Assembly: GCA_004378665.1 (NCBI GenBank)
Contig: SOIA01000094.1
Location: 1 to 30,451, forward strand
Origin: Candidatus Aminicenantes bacterium
Lineage (GTDB): Bacteria > Acidobacteriota > Aminicenantia > Aminicenantales > Aminicenantaceae
Direction of reading: 5' to 3'
Length of the DNA: 30,451 nucleotides
Shown one piece after another: positions 26,273 through 30,451 of the stretch. The stretch's first letter is position 1. The number at the start of each line of letters is the position of its first letter. The translations under genes were made by a program, and so were the position numbers. The notes under the pieces are model-generated. The model ran no database searches and was not told where the DNA came from. It worked only from the letters and a program-made list of their open reading frames with translations.

Positions 26273-29221
26273 TTAGAAGTCCCAGCCGATCCAGAAAATC
26301 GTCCTCCAGCCTCCTTTGGCTTTCATTTTCCAAGGCTGTGAAAAATCATCGATTATCAGAAGTTTTGCAAATTCAAGATGGATGGGGAGGCCGAGGAAAA
26401 AGGCTTCAAACCCGTAGCCATAAGATCCGATAGCCTCGTACACGTTATACACGGGAGGAAGAAAAGGAGAAAGCGGATTCTCTTCCAACAAGACAATTTG
26501 TGCAGGAGACCCTGGCATTCTCGCTCGAGTGACATCAAAGAAAAAGGTCCCTCGAATAGGTCCGATCTGGCCTATGAGTGTGGATGCGGCATTGACGATC
26601 GGGTACCTGAATTCCGCGTTGAAATACCATCCCTCGGTGCCGACGATAGTGTAGAAATCGACAGCGCGGACTTCGTTGTTTCCGCCCCAATAAAAAACAT
26701 ACGGATCCCTTCCCCGGCTTGCAAAACCTTTGAAGCGGAAGGCGAGAAGAAAATCAGAGCCCAGATAGAGGTATTGACGAAGATCTCCCCGAACGGTCGT
26801 ATTCATAATGAAATTTTTTGATATCGGGATGCCCTGGGAGAGAGAAAACCTGAATGTGTTTCCCGTTACAGGTCCGTAGGGGTATTTGAACCTGGTGGTT
26901 TCACCGACAAGAGCGAAGTCCACAGCGAAATTGTTTCCGTTCAGGAATCCAGGATACTGGCTCTGGACAGGAATATAGTAGTCCTCCTCGTAATTATAGT
27001 AGCCTATGTTGAACTCCGCTCGATAAAAACGGTTGAAGGGATAGTAGGCGCTGAGCTGGACCCCCGCGATAGTCCGTGTCGCCATGGCGTTTCGGGGCTC
27101 AAGGAGTTGGTCACCAAAGAATGGGTCATAGAACGAAGGAAGGTAGTAATAATAGGTATACGAGAAAGCGTTGGTCGCGAACGCAAGCCTATTTTTTTGA
27201 TTGATGTAAGAGAACTGGTAGGAACGGAAAGAACTGAACTGATACGCCATAAGGAGAAAGGTGTAGTCTCCAAGGATATCGGAGAAGCTGATTGCGGCGC
27301 CACCGTAGATTGTTCCGTCGGAATTAATGTAGGCATCGATCGGAGGTCTTCCGGTAAGGTATAATTTGCTCAGGCCTTTGTGGGGCTTAATCTCATCCCG
27401 GTTGATTTCCAGAGATACGATGGGCTCAAACCGTTCGAACTCCTCCTCGATCGGCTCTTCTTCGAAAGTCACGGTTTTTTCCAATTCGGCCTCGAACTCG
27501 CTCACAAAAAGCTGAAGCGCACCCTTGTTGTATGAAGAGAACACGATCTTTTCGGGATTGTTGGGAAGAGGAATGGGGAAGAAATTACCCGTTCTGACGT
27601 CTGTGTAGCGTTTCTGCTCTCCGGTTTCGAGGCTCAGGGAATAGATGTTGTAAGCTCCGCGGGCGTCGCCTGAGAAATAGATTTCTTTTGAATCAGGGGA
27701 GAAGTGTGGAGCAATCGTGTTGCCTTCACCGAATGTCAGCTGGGTTCTTGTCTTCAGGTTGTCGAGGGGAGAAATAAAGAGTTTGTCGTATTCATCGAGA
27801 CGAATCGTGTAGGCGACATGTTTTCCATCCGGGGAGATGGTGGGCGCTTTCTCGAAGAAGGAGTCCTCAGTCAGTTTCTGGAATTCTTCGGTTTCCAGGT
27901 TAACCTTGTAGATATCGTGGAGTCCCTCGGAGAATGCCGTAAAGAGCAGCTCGTTACTATCTGGGTAAAAACTGGGAGACGTGGGCTGGTCAAAAGGGAT
28001 GTAGATTTTTTTAATGTTTTTTCCTGTTAAGGGGCTTGTTATGAAAAGAGCATATTTCTCGCCGGACCGTCCGAAAAAGGCGATCCTGTCGCCGTCAGGA
28101 GACCAGCTAACATCCCTTCCCTTGGGAGGCCGAGCGTTGAATCGGATGTATTCGTACGAGAGAGTGTATCCTTGTGTGATGTTCTTAATGACACTCCCGT
28201 CTCTTGTGGAGATGAGAAGAATATCGAACTCTCCAGCTCTCACGTTCATCGTGAGCACGGCGACGAGGTCTCCCGAAGGAGAGATGGAGTGAGAGAGCGC
28301 GAAGTAGTAAGGATTCAAAGGGAAGGAAGGCCCCAGCGGAATGCTGTAGTCTTCGGGGGTTTCTCTTAATAAATAATCCTTGAACCTGTCGCGGAGGTAT
28401 TTTCTGAACTCGAAGTTGAATTCTTTATGAGACATGTTGAATGCTTTTTTGATCGGGTTCCTTCTTCCGATAAGAGGCGAACGTTTAAGAGCGTGCCAGA
28501 ATTCTCTTATGCCGTCTTTCCCGAATTTATGCTCGATGAATTCAAACATGGCGTGTCCGAAGTCATAATCCGGAGATCGGGGCAATGGATAACGGGAAAG
28601 GAGCATACCAGATTCTGTGAGCTCGGGTGTCCGGTCGTTGAGGGCTGCATCGCGCACGATCAGGAGAGACCAGGGATCCCAGACATCGGTGTTATACTCG
28701 CACCACCCTTCCATGATCCAGCCCGGAGGAAAGCTTAGGGCATAGGCGCCCCCTCCAGGGCTCCCGAAAAGAAGGTCAAATTGGAAAATATGCGTGAGCT
28801 CGTGGGAAATCAGAGCTTGGAGTTGATCAAGAGTCAGGTCTCCATAGATGATGACCCGGTAGAGGATGGGCTCTGAAACTCCCAGGATCCCTTCCTGGGC
28901 GGGAAAAAGGTTTGTCTGCTCAAAGTCAGTATAAGTCTTGTAATAGATGATCGGAACTTCTGCTGAGAGCGAATGTTTGACGTCCTGGCTGATTCTCTTG
29001 TAAGAGCTCTCAGCCATTTCCGCAATGTTTTCGAGGATCTTGGGATTTTCTACGTAATGGTAGATGTTGAAATGCTCGGTTTTATAGGTGTTCCATTTGA
29101 AATTGGAATACTGGACTTTGTTTTTCCCGTAGTACGGCATGTAATAGTATTGGGCGGAAACCTCCGGCACCAGGAGGAAAAGCAATGGAAGAAAAAAGAG
29201 GTATTTTATGTGTTTTTTCAT
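26273..29221 (-). CDS. Omp85/BamA-superfamily outer-membrane protein with N-terminal zinc-peptidase (MA-like) domain and PD40/TolB beta-propeller, no obvious POTRA
   Basis: Signal peptide; HELTH plus downstream EG..E; six SPDG-type repeats; C-terminal barrel with GGNNEVRA, AEFRYP, GSYGYG and terminal FWIGWDF; SD GGGGAG. Confidence 0.8.
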   Translation of the reverse strand: MKKHIKYLFFLPLLFLLVPEVSAQYYYMPYYGKNKVQYSNFKWNTYKTEHFNIYHYVENPKILENIAEMAESSYKRISQDVKHSLSAEVPIIYYKTYTDFEQTNLFPAQEGILGVSEPILYRVIIYGDLTLDQLQALISHELTHIFQFDLLFGSPGGGAYALSFPPGWIMEGWCEYNTDVWDPWSLLIVRDAALNDRTPELTESGMLLSRYPLPRSPDYDFGHAMFEFIEHKFGKDGIREFWHALKRSPLIGRRNPIKKAFNMSHKEFNFEFRKYLRDRFKDYLLRETPEDYSIPLGPSFPLNPYYFALSHSISPSGDLVAVLTMNVRAGEFDILLISTRDGSVIKNITQGYTLSYEYIRFNARPPKGRDVSWSPDGDRIAFFGRSGEKYALFITSPLTGKNIKKIYIPFDQPTSPSFYPDSNELLFTAFSEGLHDIYKVNLETEEFQKLTEDSFFEKAPTISPDGKHVAYTIRLDEYDKLFISPLDNLKTRTQLTFGEGNTIAPHFSPDSKEIYFSGDARGAYNIYSLSLETGEQKRYTDVRTGNFFPIPLPNNPEKIVFSSYNKGALQLFVSEFEAELEKTVTFEEEPIEEEFERFEPIVSLEINRDEIKPHKGLSKLYLTGRPPIDAYINSDGTIYGGAAISFSDILGDYTFLLMAYQFSSFRSYQFSYINQKNRLAFATNAFSYTYYYYLPSFYDPFFGDQLLEPRNAMATRTIAGVQLSAYYPFNRFYRAEFNIGYYNYEEDYYIPVQSQYPGFLNGNNFAVDFALVGETTRFKYPYGPVTGNTFRFSLSQGIPISKNFIMNTTVRGDLRQYLYLGSDFLLAFRFKGFASRGRDPYVFYWGGNNEVRAVDFYTIVGTEGWYFNAEFRYPIVNAASTLIGQIGPIRGTFFFDVTRARMPGSPAQIVLLEENPLSPFLPPVYNVYEAIGSYGYGFEAFFLGLPIHLEFAKLLIIDDFSQPWKMKAKGGWRTIFWIGWDF

Positions 29222-29236
29222 GTGTGTTCTCCCTGT

Positions 29237-29893
29237 TTAATCCGTGATCAGGTATCTTTGCTGGAGCCGGGATCCCCCCAGAATGTTGGTGAGAAATTTC
29301 TGCTTCACTCTCTCGGTCAGCTCATAGAACGCAAAAGGGCCGGTCTGTTTCGGGTTTTCATAGCCCTGGCTTTCTTTGAATGCTTTTGAGTAGAGCGTCT
29401 CTCCTGTTTTGGCATCGATAATGTAAAGGTCGAGATTGAGAGTGTAAAACTGCCTCTCCTCAATGGCCTTGTCGCGGGAGAAGGGGTCTTCTGCGCCCTT
29501 CTTTTTTGTCTCCAGGATAGCCTTCCTGACCTCTTTGCTGTATTCGGCAATTCCGGTGAAGAAGACGGCCCCTTGTGGGCCCGCCTGGAGATTTTTCCAA
29601 AAGGAGCTGTCTTTGAAAAGCTGCTCATTTTCAAAAGAAGTCTTTCTGAATGTCACTGTTCCCTTAAAGGATTGCTTTATCTCGGTCGTAAAAAAATTGA
29701 CCAGCTCTTGATTCATGTCGAAATCTTCCGCTTCTTTCTTGACAAGGAAATCGGTGATGATGATTTCATTGAGCTGTTGTATATCGAGAACTGTTGTTAT
29801 CGGGACTTCTACGGTCACCCGCGTGTAATCGACAGAAGAGCAGGAAGCGACCAGAAAAAGCAGGGGGATGATCAAGAAACTATTTCTTTTCAT
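29237..29893 (-). CDS. Lipoprotein of unknown function
   Basis: ATG 29893, MKRNSFLIIPLLFLVASC with lipobox; alpha/beta pattern; lies between two envelope genes. Confidence 0.75.
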   Translation of the reverse strand: MKRNSFLIIPLLFLVASCSSVDYTRVTVEVPITTVLDIQQLNEIIITDFLVKKEAEDFDMNQELVNFFTTEIKQSFKGTVTFRKTSFENEQLFKDSSFWKNLQAGPQGAVFFTGIAEYSKEVRKAILETKKKGAEDPFSRDKAIEERQFYTLNLDLYIIDAKTGETLYSKAFKESQGYENPKQTGPFAFYELTERVKQKFLTNILGGSRLQQRYLITD

Positions 29894-30257
29894 CTTTTTT
29901 TTCCTGTTGGACCTTTTCTCGAGCTTCAAGATTCTTCTTGAAGTTTTCAAAGTTCGATTGAATGTAATTGTTCTTTGGAGCAAGCTTTAAGGCTGTTTGG
30001 TATTCTTCCCGGGCTTCCTCCCACATCCCTCTGTTCTCGTAGGCCACCGCCAGGTTGTTGTGGGCCGCCGCAGAGTCGGGATTGTGTTGGATTGCTTTTT
30101 TCCAGCGGAATATCGCCTCATCCCACAAGCCGTTTTGAGCGGACAATATGCCGAATTGAATCTGGTTATGTTGAATCGCAGTGCTGCAGGCTGAAAGGAT
30201 GATGACGAAAAGAAAAATAGTGAAAATATAGACTGTCAATTTCTTATGCATTGTCAT
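29880..30257 (-). CDS. Small TPR-repeat lipoprotein
   Basis: Lipobox LSAC; TPR pattern WDEAIFRWKKAIQHNPDSAAAHNNLAVAYENRG...ALKLAP. Start is 30257 or 30251. Confidence 0.85.
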   Translation of the reverse strand: MTMHKKLTVYIFTIFLFVIILSACSTAIQHNQIQFGILSAQNGLWDEAIFRWKKAIQHNPDSAAAHNNLAVAYENRGMWEEAREEYQTALKLAPKNNYIQSNFENFKKNLEAREKVQQEKKDEKK

Positions 30258-30272
30258 CAGTCTCTAATATCT

Positions 30273-30301
30273 AAATTACTGCTTTTTCAGTCATTCGTCA
30301 A
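30273..30301 (-). promoter_or_regulatory. Putative sigma70 promoter for the TPR-lipoprotein-Omp85 operon
   Basis: TTGACG (30296-30301), 17 nt, TAATTT (30273-30278). Confidence 0.55.
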
Positions 30302-30451
30302 GAAGACTGCAAATTTCGTACCAATTCGGACAGGCTGACAATAAAGAAAGAGAAAGATTTCTGTGTCATAAAAAAGAGACAGATGTCTCAGAAAAAGGAA
30401 ATGGGGATGCTTTCTGATCCCACAAATCGTTTGGATTTTTCTTTGAAATAT

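Noticed and set aside
30383-30451. Possible gene start on the plus strand (MSQKKEMGMLSD...)
   Set aside because: Only 23 codons visible, weak SD and no recognisable motif; cannot be supported.
1-30451. tRNA, rRNA, CRISPR arrays, IS elements, riboswitches, sigma54 promoters, selenocysteine read-through
   Set aside because: No such signatures recognised by eye in the intergenic regions or ORFs; an Infernal or tRNAscan run would be needed to exclude weak RNAs.

Overview
A gene-dense core-chromosome window from a diderm, probably anaerobic bacterium. Acidobacteriota/Aminicenantia-like is an inference from gene content and the DnaA 'KHHTT' motif, not a search result. Left to right it holds: a partial secreted protein, an outer-membrane beta-barrel, an ApgM-type phosphoglycerate mutase, then an AMIN/Amidase_3 amidase translationally coupled to a Tat-exported DUF362 protein and a NapH-NapG-like polyferredoxin with an internal twin-arginine motif. 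Next come a DUF2914 protein, etfBA, a yceD-rpmF-plsX-fabG-acpP-fabF cluster lacking fabH/fabD, polA, and a YghO/bCerS-like GNAT protein. These are followed by an rnfCDGEAB-rseC operon ending in a Tat-signal NusG-domain-II protein, dnaN-dnaA with a probable bipartite oriC, and a three-gene envelope operon running into dnaA (TPR lipoprotein, unknown lipoprotein, zinc-peptidase/PD40-propeller/Omp85 barrel). I found no rRNA, tRNA, CRISPR array or mobile element. The best leads are the peptidase-Omp85 operon at the origin, the Tat NusG-II Rnf accessory, the DUF362/polyferredoxin redox module, variant DnaA boxes paired with an altered DnaA recognition helix, and a possible bacterial ceramide synthase. 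Family assignments come from motif recognition, not database searches.
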